DNA of 64,000 nucleotides. It comes from an uncultured Methanomicrobiales archaeon (GTDB lineage: Archaea; Halobacteriota; Methanomicrobia; Methanomicrobiales; Methanospirillaceae). The stretch spans positions 352,001 through 416,000 of the forward strand of contig CAVWXH010000016.1 in NCBI GenBank assembly GCA_963758915.1, in the 5' to 3' direction. Positions 1 to 10,638 of the stretch are shown here, one piece after another (position 1 is the first letter of the stretch; each line of letters begins with the position of its first letter). A model generated the notes under the pieces. The model saw nothing but the letters and a program-made list of their open reading frames with translations, was not told the DNA's origin and searched no databases. The translations under genes and the position numbers were made by a program.

Positions 1-119
1 TTATTTACCCTTATCCGGGTAGATGTGAGATGAAAAGCCAGGAAAAAGCGTGTAATTGATAAAATACCATTATTCTGTGCATGTATACCCAAAAAAATTG
101 GTATTTGTCACAGGATATT

Positions 120-434
120 TCAATCCTTCTCTTCCGGGGGAACATATTTCGGGTGGAAATAACGCCAGAGAAGGCCTGATAATGCAATAATAATCAGGAC
201 AATGCCGATTATCAGCCATATTGGCACAATACCGACATTTTGTGATACATCAACAGGAGGCACAAAGGTCTGAACGATTGTAGGAACAGATGGAGGGGTG
301 GAAGTCAGAATTACCCCTGTTGGCTGAATACCGGGTGTGTTACCAGTACCTGTCGTAATTGCTGTAACCGGCACTAAAAGGAGTGAAAATGCACACAGGA
401 AGATAAGAATACTGGATAATGGGACCTTCATCAA
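120..434 (-). CDS. Small membrane-anchored protein (signal peptide, Thr/Pro-rich linker, C-terminal TM helix)
   Basis: Hydrophobic N-terminus ending VTA, T/P-rich middle, TM IWLIIGIVLIIIALSGLLW followed by a charged tail. Confidence 0.65.
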   Translation of the reverse strand: MMKVPLSSILIFLCAFSLLLVPVTAITTGTGNTPGIQPTGVILTSTPPSVPTIVQTFVPPVDVSQNVGIVPIWLIIGIVLIIIALSGLLWRYFHPKYVPPEEKD

Positions 435-561
435 CTTTCATTTGGAAGGACATTCGTATATTTCTATCTCTTCACTACGGTCGAAATTCATGTCCCTGGA
501 AAGTTGATAGAACAGTAATAATTATACGGTTCGTAACTCTCATTCCATATACGGAATTGAT

Positions 562-1798
562 ATGACAAAAAAACTGGGTAAAAAAGATGCCGGAATATCA
601 GATCTGATAGGTACAATTCTGGTTATTATTCTTGTTATCGGCCTGGCAACGGTTATTATGGCATATCTTATGCCGAATCTATTGCATAAGTCTGCATATA
701 TCGCCAGTGAGGTGAGTGCCTCGCCGATCACCCAGCCAAGCGGGCAACAGGTCGAAGTTATCTCGCTCCTCCCGATGTCTGGTGATCCGTTTTACATTAT
801 CGGGCAGAAACAATCACAAGGCGGGTACCCGATTTCAGTGAGGGCCCTGTCCCCGGATGGACGGAAAATAAATGTAAACTGCACGGACCTTACGGGAAAT
901 CTCTACGGAAATACTCTCTATATATATCCGGCTAACAGGCCTGGTGCAGGCCCCTGTGAAATGTGCATCAACGATACGCCACCTACTGGGTGCAATGAGG
1001 CCGATGACAAACGGCAGATGGACAATTCAACTGATTGACGAGGAATCCCATATTCTCGTGATGTCGAATTCAGATGCAAATATTACGAAAGGTACGACCT
1101 CGCTCCCGAAAGTCGGCGGGATGCTTGGCGGAAATGTGTATTTCTCTGATTGCTCTATCATTAACCCGACCGTTTCATCTGCAACAGTAAATACCACGCT
1201 TGGACCGGGAAATATGTCGTACCGGACATTTAATGGGTTAACCAGTACATGGAATACCCAAACGATCCAAACCTGAAATTTACCGGTGATTTGGGGATAT
1301 CCTTATGGCTTCAACCCCAGGACCTGGGAGACCCGACGAATCTCCGGGTACTGGCACACAATCATAGGAAAGGGAATTCTTTACCCGAATAGTACAGAAT
1401 TTGATAATTACCAGCTCGTGGCAATCGGAAACAAGTTATACTTTGAATGGAGTGGCACAGGTGGTACCCATTATCACTCCCAGACAAATAGTAATGCCCT
1501 TACCAACGGTGCATGGCAATATGTGACCGTAAATGTTCAGCAGAACGGTCAGCCGCAGATGTATGTCAATGGAGTACTTCAGCCTTCAACAGTGTATACG
1601 GGAAATGTTCCCAATACCGGGACGGCAACAGCTGCAACGGTGAACCTGCAGGACAATAATTTCCCTGTGAAAATCGGGAAACAGAATTCTGACGCCAATC
1701 CATTCTATTACCAGGGAAATATCGGGAATATGGCACTTTACAACAGGCCACTCACCGCAAATGAAATACAGCAGAATTATCAGTCCTATTCTGCATGA
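562..1798 (+). CDS. Archaeal type IV pilin N-terminus fused to a LamG/concanavalin-like domain; split by about 3 frameshifts (~989, ~1235, ~1345)
   Basis: Class III signal KKDAG/ISDLIGTILVIILVIGLATVI. Reconstructed FNGVNQYMEYPNDPNLKFTGDLGISLWLQP, WQYVTV, MYVNG and GNIGNMALYNRPLTANEIQQNY are LamG-like. Shifts fall at G-runs. Confidence 0.8.
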
Positions 1799-2149
1799 TT
1801 TATTCCCTATCCTTTTTCATGATTATATACATTGAAATGTCATTGAAAAAGGGTCAATTTTTTTCAACAATTATGCAGGTTGCGTAGTATTCCAGGGATC
1901 ACATAAGCCAAATTTTTAATTTTCGTTGCAATGGGGACTTCGACCGTTGAACCCATTCTATAATATTTGGGAAGAATGTAGTCTTTTTTTCTGTCCATTC
2001 GAAGCCGGATCTGTATTTCTGCACGATTTGCTGAATTAAAAATTATTTGGCAACTATCTGAATTTCCTTTCAATTCCCCTCTAAAAAGTCAGGGAATTAT
2101 TAAATAGCCTTCTATCGATAGCATGTAGTATTGAGGAGGAATCCGGCTT

Positions 2150-3096
2150 GTGAAGATGCTCTACTCAGGTTTAATTGTCATCTGTATACTCCTTGTGTTA
2201 GGAGTTCCATTTGTTTCGGGAGTTAATTATTCTGTAGATTCTGTTTCAGGAAACAACACGAGTGGTGGATTGGTGTTGCTCATATAAATTGGGTGGAATA
2301 TAATTCCGCAACAACAACACCTACAACAAGGATTACGGCTTATCCGCTTCTTCCTTCCTGCCCGTCAGGCTGCACCTGCATGGGTGCGAAGAATGCCTAC
2401 AACCAGGGGAGAGTTCCCTGCCCGTCGGGATCTGCCGGCTTTGTTTGTGGTGTTAACCAGCTGGGTGAAGAAATGCACTGTTACTCTGATACTCTCCCAA
2501 CCACAACCACAGCGACTCAGACGGTGACAACCCTCGCAACCACGCCAATCACACAAATTCCTCCGATTCCCCCTGCCTCCGATACTACCCCGGCAACTGC
2601 ACCAGCTGCTTCAGGTCAGCAGGTAAGTGCCACGGTTGCCCTGTCATCATGCAGAGGTGAATGCCGCTGCATTCTGCCCGATACGGCAACAGCTCTTGGA
2701 CTCCCGCTTTGTGGGGGTGACCCGTCACTCTGTAGTTATGATGCATCAGGGAAGGCGATGTATTGCTATGCACTTGCACAGCAGGCCGCCACAGAATCCG
2801 GGATCGGTTCAAACACACCTGCACGTTCGTCATGCCAGGGGGACTGCAGCTGTCTTGACCCGGTAACCGCAGGACAGGCAGGATTAACGCTCTGTAACGG
2901 GACGCCGGCACTATGCAATTACGATGCAAACCGGAACCCCATGTATTGTTATAGCCGGGCTGCAGGATCGCAGGTTGTTCCTGGAGGTGATTCCAAACCA
3001 GGTAAATCCATTCCTGTCGGGGTATTCACTATTATCGGTGCAGTCTTCACGATCATGATAATTGCAGGACTTTATTCCCTGAAGAAAAACAGTTAA
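2150..3096 (+). CDS. Cys-rich secreted surface protein with three 6-Cys repeats and a C-terminal membrane anchor (frameshift near 2280)
   Basis: GAGGAGG RBS, then GTG 2150 MKMLYSGLIVICILLVLGVPFVSG signal in a different frame from ORF 2293-3096. Repeats CxxxCxC...C...C...M(Y/H)CY. C-terminus KSIPVGVFTIIG...KKNS. Confidence 0.75.
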
Positions 3097-3288
3097 CGCC
3101 TTTTTTTTATATTCCCTAACTCCCTGTTATTCAGGCCGGTAATTTTTATGGCTAACCCGTTTGTACAACCCGTTATGTGGATTGTTCATAATCGGATGCT
3201 CCCTTGTTTCCGGATTCCAATCCTGTGAAATGTATACTTTTATATAATGTTTTAACGAAACAATGCAACAGAGTGGAGGAATCCGGCT

Positions 3289-4178
3289 TTGAAGAGGCTC
3301 TATTCAGGTTTAATCGTCATTTTACTCCTTGTGTTAGGGGTTCCATTTGTTTCGGGAATTAATTATTAGTAGATTATTCGAATAATTCTGCTTGTCCACC
3401 TGGATGCACCTGCATGGGCGAGAAAAATGCCCACAACCAGGGGAGAGTCCCTTGTTACTGGAATTATACATCCCAAGTCGTCTAAAATGTGGTCTAAACC
3501 AACTGGGTGAGAACATGTACTGTTATCTCTGATACGATACCTGCAACCACCACTCCTACTCTCACGGTGACAAGCATAATCACCACTTCTATAACAGCAA
3601 CAGCACACAACACCGTCTCTTGCCCCGGTAACCGAGACAGTGGCACCATCTGTTGTTGTCACGACTGTAGCTCGCTCCTCCAAGGTACGCAGCCAGGTGT
3701 CTCGGTTGACCTGTCATCATGCGGGTCTGAATGCCGCTGTATTCTGCCCGATGCGGCAGGTGCTCTCGGCCTCCCCCTTTGTAACGGTAACCCGGCTCTC
3801 TGTAGTTATGATGCCTCGGGAAAGGCAATGTACTGCTATGCACTGGCGATGCAGGCCTCAACAACAACCACAACCACACCAGGATCAGGTGCGGTTGCAC
3901 CTGCGCTTTCACCATGCCAGGGAGACTGCAGCCGCCTTGACCCGGTAACTGCAGGACAGGTAGGATTGACACTCTGTAACGGGACCCCGAAACTATGTAA
4001 TTATGATTCAAACCGGAACCCCATGTATTGTTATAGCCGGGCTGCTGTAACTCAGGCCGTTCCTGGAACCGATTCCAAATCAGGGAAATCCATACCTGTC
4101 GGGGTATTCACCATCATTGGTGCAGTACTCACCGTTGTGATGATTGCAGGGCTTCACATCCTGAACAAAAATCAGTAA
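3289..4178 (+). CDS. Tandem paralog of the Cys-rich surface protein; several frameshifts in the 5' half (errors or decaying copy)
   Basis: Same upstream GGAGGAATCCGGCTT and signal MKRLYSGLIVILLLVLGVPFVSG. Repeat-1 pieces lie in alternate frames. The 3' half is strongly similar to 2293-3096. Confidence 0.65.
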
Positions 4179-4228
4179 TCGTTTTTTTCTAAGTTTGTTT
4201 AATGCATGGAAATAAAAAGCCAAAAAAC

Positions 4229-4489
4229 TGGGTTTCTTGAAATGCTCTTAATCTATATGGTTAATTTAGGTATTCCCTGATAACCTCACCACCTGGGGCT
4301 CAGCACCGCCGCTTTGGGGATGCTGATCGGATACGGTATGATCTGCAGACCTCCGAATGTTTCTTTGAATGCCCGAATTGAACCCCGCCTAAAGGATATA
4401 CTGATTGGGAAGGGGACAGAGAAGGGGCGAACCCCTCATCCTGTCATCGTAGTTCATCCTTTTTTGGACGCAGGATGTAAAGCGGGCCA
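4229..4489 (-). mobile_element. Diverged MITE-like repeat copy
   Basis: Shares GGGGCTC core and GAAGGGG..GAA.C..CTCCTGTCATCGTA motif with 12029-12385. TIR-like TGGGTTTCTTGAAAT. Flanked by AAAAAC on both sides. Confidence 0.6.
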
Positions 4490-4504
4490 AAAAACACCAA
4501 CCCG

Positions 4505-6430
4505 TCAGATGAAGAAGTTGAAGATAACCATCGCAATAATGAGCATAATTGCTGCATGCTTAAGGCCGGCAGAGAGCGATGCTTCTCCCATCTGACCTGC
4601 AATAATACCCGAAAAGAACGCCTGAACAAGGCAACCATGATACATAAGCCGGGAAATGGTATACATTGAAGCGGCAGTGAACGCTGCAAAGGCACCAGTC
4701 TGGGGGAGACCTTTGGTGTCGATGTTCCCGAGAACCGGCATGAACTGGGTGGTGATTACTGCAACAACGAATACAAAAACAACAAATGCGAGGTAAATGA
4801 CGGCTGTATAAATAAACATCTCCGACATCCGTTCCTTTTTAAGGGTCTCCGACATACGGGCGTCGCTCGCCGCAATGGTCAGGACATCCCCGATTGAACC
4901 GCTCATCTGCGTTGCCTTGCTGATAAGGGTGACTGTTCGTGCTATCATCGGCGTGGAAATCCGCTGTTCGAAACGCATCAGCGCATCGGTAAAATTTGCC
5001 CCCCAGTCCATGTCCCGCTTAATCCGCTTTATCTCGTATGACAGGAGACCCAGCTTGGTATTTACCATGATCGCAATTGCCTGTGATATAGTCAGCCCTA
5101 CCTGGTTGATACCCGCCATCCTGTCAAGAAAATCAGGGATCGATGCCTCAATGCCCTGGATGTTGCGCCTCCAGAGCTCGTAAAAAATACCGAACGGGAT
5201 GAGCACGATAAGCACGGCAATCACTACGTGGTCATCCATCATATCGATGAACGGTTCAAAACCCGCCGGTGGGAGATTAAGGTATATGGTGATGAGATAC
5301 ATCGCAGCAACAGGTATTGTGACCAGCAGCGTAAGCTTATAATTCATCACGAATATCCGCACAGGGTTCCGGATAAATTCCTTTATATTCCTGATACGGT
5401 CATAATGAAGGAGTTTTTCGAAAAATTTCTCCTCCCCTGCCTTCTTTTCGATCCTGACATCAGAATATTCGGAAAGTTCCCGTACCCGTGTGAACCGTTG
5501 GATCGATTCAGACTTAATCGAGATCATATCGATAAGGATGATAAATACCAGTGAGCCTATGGGGAGCAGGAGGTAAATAACAAGGGCCATCTGGGTCACG
5601 GCCGCACCACCCATCATCCCCATCACCACCATGATAATGATCAGGAACAGGGGCCCGGCTACAAAGAGGGTGACATAGGACTCTGATATCAGCGAGAGAA
5701 ACTGGAGAAATTCTTTCTGTTCGAATCTGGCCTCTTCCTGGTACAGCCGCACACGGCCGGCCAGAAAGCCAGTCAGGTCCCCACCTGTCTCGATGATAGA
5801 TATCATATCCTCAAGGAACTGTTTCATCTTTTGTGAAGGGGTTGTCTCCATGAGGTGCCGGAGCGCTGTGACTACATCCATACCAAAGAAGTCGGCATCC
5901 CTGATGACCTGCCTGAATTCGAGTGCGACCTCCCCGTAGACCGGGGCATTTTCTGATATTGACCGGAAAATAACGAGGAGTTGCCCGCCACCTTTCCTCA
6001 TCGCAAACATGTATGCGACCGCGTTATGCAGTGTTAAGTTGATCTTGGTTGCACGGTTGTTCTTCCTCATCCCCGGGTATTTCATTACGATGAAATAGAT
6101 AAGGAGTGACCCGATGATAAATGAGATAACGGCCCCTATAAGAGAAATGACCTCATTTGGAAGGGATACAATCATGGAATTGGGCAAGGTGATTTTGTAT
6201 ACATTGTAAATGCCCGTATAATCAGCCGTAGGGCTCATAGTGACGGTTATTGAAACAAAATATCCAAACACCGCAAATACAATACCACAGAGGAGCGATA
6301 CGATTAGTCCATACCGTGTGTAGCGTTCCGGGGTCATCGCCATGCGGGCTGAAATGAGATTGGCACTCAGGCTGGAGTATTTATCAGAATCACGCGGCAC
6401 CAGCCGGTGGACAATAGAATAATGACTCAT
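4505..6430 (-). CDS. Type II secretion system F family / FlaJ-TadC-like pilus assembly membrane platform
   Basis: Two T2SSF-like domains (YGEVALEFRQVIRDADFFGMDVVTAL; IPDFLDRMAGINQVGLTISQAI), multiple TMs, overlapping the ATPase gene. Confidence 0.9.
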   Translation of the reverse strand: MSHYSIVHRLVPRDSDKYSSLSANLISARMAMTPERYTRYGLIVSLLCGIVFAVFGYFVSITVTMSPTADYTGIYNVYKITLPNSMIVSLPNEVISLIGAVISFIIGSLLIYFIVMKYPGMRKNNRATKINLTLHNAVAYMFAMRKGGGQLLVIFRSISENAPVYGEVALEFRQVIRDADFFGMDVVTALRHLMETTPSQKMKQFLEDMISIIETGGDLTGFLAGRVRLYQEEARFEQKEFLQFLSLISESYVTLFVAGPLFLIIIMVVMGMMGGAAVTQMALVIYLLLPIGSLVFIILIDMISIKSESIQRFTRVRELSEYSDVRIEKKAGEEKFFEKLLHYDRIRNIKEFIRNPVRIFVMNYKLTLLVTIPVAAMYLITIYLNLPPAGFEPFIDMMDDHVVIAVLIVLIPFGIFYELWRRNIQGIEASIPDFLDRMAGINQVGLTISQAIAIMVNTKLGLLSYEIKRIKRDMDWGANFTDALMRFEQRISTPMIARTVTLISKATQMSGSIGDVLTIAASDARMSETLKKERMSEMFIYTAVIYLAFVVFVFVVAVITTQFMPVLGNIDTKGLPQTGAFAAFTAASMYTISRLMYHGCLVQAFFSGIIAGQMGEASLSAGLKHAAIMLIIAMVIFNFFI

Positions 6431-8784
6431 ACGCCTCGCTTCAGGAATGCCTTCAGGTCACCGATCGCTTCGATAACCCCGGCCGCATCGATATTATAAG
6501 CCTGGAACAATTGTGATACGCTGATATAATCGAGGATCCCCTGTTCTTTCATCGCGATCAGTATCATCTTCCGGACCCTGATCTCGTCCTCGAGTTGCTC
6601 GCGACTCCACCCACGTTTTTGTGCAATATCTGCATAGACCTGTGAACGGCCATGATAACTAAAACGGTCTGTCACCGGGTCATAGGTAAAGACCGTGTTG
6701 ACACGCAGGCTTCCGGTTACCGGGTCGGCTCCGGCAATTTCTACAATCTCCTGTACCCGGCGTATCCGTTCCTGCCCCCGGTAAACAAGGGCCTGTACGC
6801 TGATAACATTCAGGGCCTGTAACATGTTCCGCGGAACATTCAGGGGTTCACTCTCAAGACGGTGAATGGCAGCATCTACATTTCCGGCGTGGAGTGTTGA
6901 AAAGGTGGTGTGACCGGTATTCATCGCCTGGAACAGTGTCTGTGCCTCAGCACCACGCACCTCACCGACAAGAATATACTCAGGCCGCTGCCTCATTGCG
7001 GCCCTCAAAAGGTCAAACATGGAGATCATGCTCGCCCCTTCAGCTATCGAGTCTCTCGTTACGGATGCAATCCAGTTCTCGTGGTAGAGGGTGATCTCTC
7101 TCGTGTCCTCGATACTGACTACCTTTGCCATCGGCGGAATAAACAGGGATGCAGCATTCAATGATGTGGTCTTTCCTGACGCTGTACCGCCAATAAAGAG
7201 AAGACTCTTGTTATTTTCAATAGCCATCCAGAAATAGACAAGCTGGTCCTCGTTGAACGTACCATTCTCAAGTAGTTCGACCGGTGAGAATGGTTCTTCA
7301 CGGAATTTCCGTATGGTAAAGGAAGTCCCGCGTGTTGTAACTTCTTTCCCGAACGTCAGCTGCAGCCTCGACCCCTCGGGTAAGGTTGCATCGATTATCG
7401 GAGATCCCGTTGAGATGTGTTTTCCGGACCGCTGGGCGAGAGTAATTGCAAGCGAATCGAGGATCTCCGCCTTAAAGGTAATATTTGTCTTGATATTCCG
7501 GTATTTCCTGTGGTAGAGGAACAGGGGGATCATCGTCCCGTCACAGGAAATATCCTCTATATACGGGTCTTTCATCAGGGCCTCGATCCGTCCCCATCCA
7601 AGAAAGTTCCGGACAAGATAATACTGGAGTTTAAAAAGTGTGTTCAGGTCGGGACTGATACCGTACTCATGGAATAAATCATCCATTTTCTCGATAAGGA
7701 GCTCACGCTTATCCCTGACGATTTCATCATCATCAAGGATCAGGACATTTCGCAGGTCTGCGTGTACCCGTTCGATCAACTCGTACTGGAATTCCGATAA
7801 GACCGGCTCAAACAGGAGGTACTCATTCTGGTTGGTCTTTTCATTCAGTGCAACGACGACGAGGGACTCCCCGGCATCAACCCAGTAGTGGTCAATCTCC
7901 CGGTAACCGGCAGGAAGTGCAGATTCCACCAGTGATCCTTCCTTTTCCGGATCGTATTGGGGAACAATTCTTTTTGTGGCTTTCCGCTTTCCAAATCCGG
8001 ACTCTTTCCCGGAAATATCTTTCTTTCCGGATTCTTCATCCACATGAAACGCCCGTTTTAACGAATCCAGGCTGGAGGTCTTTTTCCTCTCATAGAGCGC
8101 CATTTCGTCAGGAAGTAATTCAGGGGTCTTTTGGGGTATGCTCCCGCTCTCCTGGGTTGCTGATTCGCCAGTAGGCGGCTTAGCTACCGTGGTTGATGTT
8201 GACCCTTTCGTTGTACCACGATGAAACAGGCCCGATATCCAATCCAGACGTGACGGGGCTTTGCTACCTGTTTTGGGATCCTTTGCCACGACAATTTTGA
8301 CCGGGTTACTGCTGCTGACAGGGGGGATCGTTACAGGAGATGGAGATTCAGGTACATTCTTTAGTTTGGGCACCGTTCCTCTGCTCCCATGAAACAGGGA
8401 AGAGACCTGATCGATAAGTGAGGGTGGCCTGGTAGTGGGCTTCGATACCTTTACTGCCACCGGATTGTCCTGGTTACTGTTGCCGGCAGTCTTGATCGTT
8501 ACAGGGGATGGGGCTTTAGGTGCAGTCTTTGGTTTTGTTCCCTTTCCTTTATTTTCATGAAACAGGGAAGAGACCTGATCGATAAGTGAGGGTGGCCTGG
8601 TAGTGGGTTTTGAAACCCTTACGGCCACTGGTTTGTCCGGGTTGCCGTTGCCGGCAGCAGGTATTGCTGCAGTAGATGATGTTTCAGGTACCGCACCCTC
8701 TTTCTTTCCCGAACTTCTACCGCCCTGGATCATTTTTTTTAATTTATCGAGTCCCGGGATGTCCATCCCTCCCCTCCTGTCCAC
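6427..8784 (-). CDS. Type II/IV secretion ATPase (FlaI/VirB11/TadA family) with a long repetitive N-terminal extension
   Basis: Walker A GGTASGKTT, SIEDTRE, MRQRPEYILVGEVRG, TGH..STLHA. Confidence 0.92.
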   Translation of the reverse strand: MDRRGGMDIPGLDKLKKMIQGGRSSGKKEGAVPETSSTAAIPAAGNGNPDKPVAVRVSKPTTRPPSLIDQVSSLFHENKGKGTKPKTAPKAPSPVTIKTAGNSNQDNPVAVKVSKPTTRPPSLIDQVSSLFHGSRGTVPKLKNVPESPSPVTIPPVSSSNPVKIVVAKDPKTGSKAPSRLDWISGLFHRGTTKGSTSTTVAKPPTGESATQESGSIPQKTPELLPDEMALYERKKTSSLDSLKRAFHVDEESGKKDISGKESGFGKRKATKRIVPQYDPEKEGSLVESALPAGYREIDHYWVDAGESLVVVALNEKTNQNEYLLFEPVLSEFQYELIERVHADLRNVLILDDDEIVRDKRELLIEKMDDLFHEYGISPDLNTLFKLQYYLVRNFLGWGRIEALMKDPYIEDISCDGTMIPLFLYHRKYRNIKTNITFKAEILDSLAITLAQRSGKHISTGSPIIDATLPEGSRLQLTFGKEVTTRGTSFTIRKFREEPFSPVELLENGTFNEDQLVYFWMAIENNKSLLFIGGTASGKTTSLNAASLFIPPMAKVVSIEDTREITLYHENWIASVTRDSIAEGASMISMFDLLRAAMRQRPEYILVGEVRGAEAQTLFQAMNTGHTTFSTLHAGNVDAAIHRLESEPLNVPRNMLQALNVISVQALVYRGQERIRRVQEIVEIAGADPVTGSLRVNTVFTYDPVTDRFSYHGRSQVYADIAQKRGWSREQLEDEIRVRKMILIAMKEQGILDYISVSQLFQAYNIDAAGVIEAIGDLKAFLKRGV
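8221..8660 (-). repeat. Three 168-nt (56-aa) intragenic tandem units
   Basis: ATGAAACAGG recurs at 8221, 8389 and 8557. Peptide KPTTRPPSLIDQVSSLFH occurs twice, plus KAPSRLDWISGLFH. Confidence 0.85.
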
Positions 8785-8837
8785 TAAACCTATTTCTTTT
8801 TATTTACTTTGGAGAGGAATCGCTATATAAGGGTATG

Positions 8838-8855
8838 TCAGGGCATATACCCTGA
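8838..8855. promoter_or_regulatory. 18-bp imperfect palindrome in the divergent ATPase/KaiC promoter region
   Basis: TCAGGGCATATACCCTGA (16/18 self-complementary) beside TATA-like CTATATAAG at 8823-8831. Confidence 0.35.
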
Positions 8856-9077
8856 TAAGGGGGTGGAATGTCCTGATAGTATACTAATTCGGGATATCGG
8901 GCAATTTTTTTGAGATTGTCGGGTGATTTTCATACTCATAGATATACGGGTTGGCCAACAACCCGGAAGATTCAGGATCCTGTCCGATCATGCCATATCC
9001 TATCCTGTTTCCGTAGTTTAATGAAGGGTACCGGGAAAACATTAACATCACAAGAGGGACAAATTATAAATATAACC

Positions 9078-9917
9078 ATGGAAAAGACAAAAATTCACGA
9101 CCTTTCAATAAAAAAAATGCCTACCGGCATCTCATCACTTGACCCGATGATGGAGGGGGGGATACCACCGGGTACCGTGGTACTCCTGCTTTCGGAAATC
9201 GGCGCCGGGAGTTATGAGTTTATTTATAGTTCAATTCTTTCCATTTCTTCAAAGAAAAGTCAATCCCAGGTTTCGGATACAATCATCCTTCCGTCCAGTA
9301 TAAAGTATGTGACATTTACCAAGATGAGTGATGATGTCAAGCGGGAGATGAAATTATCATTTTACCCCGACCTCCTTACCGGCATAGACTCAATCCAATT
9401 CGAAGACCTCTCCCAACTCTATTTTGATGCCAGTGTCGTCCCTCCCGACTGGTACAGTAAAGGAGATATCGTATCACGACTCCAGAACCGGAACAACCGC
9501 GACATCCTGTCTCAACTTTCAATGACATTTGGTCCCGGGGCTGATAACAACCTCATTGTCCTCGACTCACTCACCGACCTTGCTACGCAATATACCGGGA
9601 CAGCCCGGTGGGGGGACCTGATGGCGTTCATGCGCGGGCTCCAGCGGATAGCAAAACAACTGAATACAACCATTTACCTGCCACTTGCACTGGGAATCCT
9701 CGATGGTAAAGATGAGCGTGAAATCGCAGACATCGCCGATGCCGTACTGCTGTTCCACTGGGAGGAGAGCTCGGCTGCCCGGCGGCAACGGGTAATGTAT
9801 TTCGAAAAATTCCGGGGGCTTATGCCCCATCTCGAAGAAAAAGACCTCGTAAAATTTTCAGTCAGGATCTCGGCTGCAATCGGCTTTGAAGTAAGTAATA
9901 TCAGGGTGATCATATGA
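9078..9917 (+). CDS. RAD55/KaiC-like ATPase with degenerate Walker A
   Basis: KMPTGISSLDPMMEGGIPPG, SEIGAGSYEF in place of GxxGxGKT, IVLDSL, FEKFRG. Start taken at MEKTK. Confidence 0.85.
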   Translation: MEKTKIHDLSIKKMPTGISSLDPMMEGGIPPGTVVLLLSEIGAGSYEFIYSSILSISSKKSQSQVSDTIILPSSIKYVTFTKMSDDVKREMKLSFYPDLLTGIDSIQFEDLSQLYFDASVVPPDWYSKGDIVSRLQNRNNRDILSQLSMTFGPGADNNLIVLDSLTDLATQYTGTARWGDLMAFMRGLQRIAKQLNTTIYLPLALGILDGKDEREIADIADAVLLFHWEESSAARRQRVMYFEKFRGLMPHLEEKDLVKFSVRISAAIGFEVSNIRVII

Positions 9918-10612
9918 GCGGGGGCCGCGTGAAGATAGGTATTGAAGGACTTGACCAGATGATGGGTGGCGGGCTGGTACCGGGTAGTATCGCCGCAATT
10001 ATCGGTTCCTATGGCACGGGTAAGACTTCTTTTGCTCTCCAGTTTTTATGGGATGGTGTACAGCTTGGGGAACATACGATCTATATCAGCCTCGAGGAGC
10101 GGGAAGACCGGATCTTCGAATACATGGCCCAGAAAGGATGGGACTACAAACCATTCCTGAATAAGCTGATCACGGTGTTAAAACTTGATCCCTCTGATTT
10201 CAACCTCGCTATCAACCGTATTAAAAACGAACTCCCGGAACTTATCCGGACTGTTGGCGCCACGCGGGTGGTAATAGACCCTATATCTCTGTTTGAAGAC
10301 CTTTTCGAGAGCAATTCATTGAGGCGGCAGGAAATGTTCCGGTTTGTTGAGGGACTGCGCGACCAGCAGTGTACCGTGGTCATGACCAGCGAAACTGACC
10401 GGGACAACCCATATGCAAGCCGCCACAACCTTATCGAGTACCTGTGTGACACAGTTATTATTTTACGCTATGTCAGGCCCGATGATCTGACTGATGTCCA
10501 CCTCGCGCTGGAAGTCGTAAAAATGCGATTATCCAGCCATTCAAGAGAGATTAAGCCCTATGAGATAATGCAGGACAAGATCGTTGTTCATAGTGAGGCA
10601 AACGTGTTCTGA
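9914..10612 (+). CDS. KaiC-domain ATPase (intact)
   Basis: GIEGLDQMMGGG, GSYGTGKT, YISLEE, RVVIDP, VVKMR. ATGA overlap with the previous gene. Confidence 0.9.
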   Translation: MSGGRVKIGIEGLDQMMGGGLVPGSIAAIIGSYGTGKTSFALQFLWDGVQLGEHTIYISLEEREDRIFEYMAQKGWDYKPFLNKLITVLKLDPSDFNLAINRIKNELPELIRTVGATRVVIDPISLFEDLFESNSLRRQEMFRFVEGLRDQQCTVVMTSETDRDNPYASRHNLIEYLCDTVIILRYVRPDDLTDVHLALEVVKMRLSSHSREIKPYEIMQDKIVVHSEANVF

Positions 10613-10638
10613 TCCCCTGGCTTTTTTTTATTGACTGA

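Noticed and set aside
1855-2095. Possible further repeat copy or different MITE
   Set aside because: Only a short TTTCAACAA match; no family core recognisable and no second copy seen
3360-3500. Pyrrolysine/selenocysteine readthrough at TAG TAG in the second Cys-rich gene
   Set aside because: The homologous sequence continues in a different frame, so this is an indel and not readthrough
4314-4595. Short ORFs overlapping MITE copies (also 12074-12295, 26763-26954, 35506-35808)
   Set aside because: Reading frames are not conserved between copies; no recognisable protein motifs
4505-8784. Archaellum (flaI/flaJ) operon
   Set aside because: No archaellins, flaF/G/H in operon or chemotaxis genes nearby; better described as generic type IV pilus assembly genes
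9078-10612. Circadian clock kaiC
   Set aside because: Single-domain proteins with no kaiA/kaiB; a widespread archaeal RAD55/KaiC-like family
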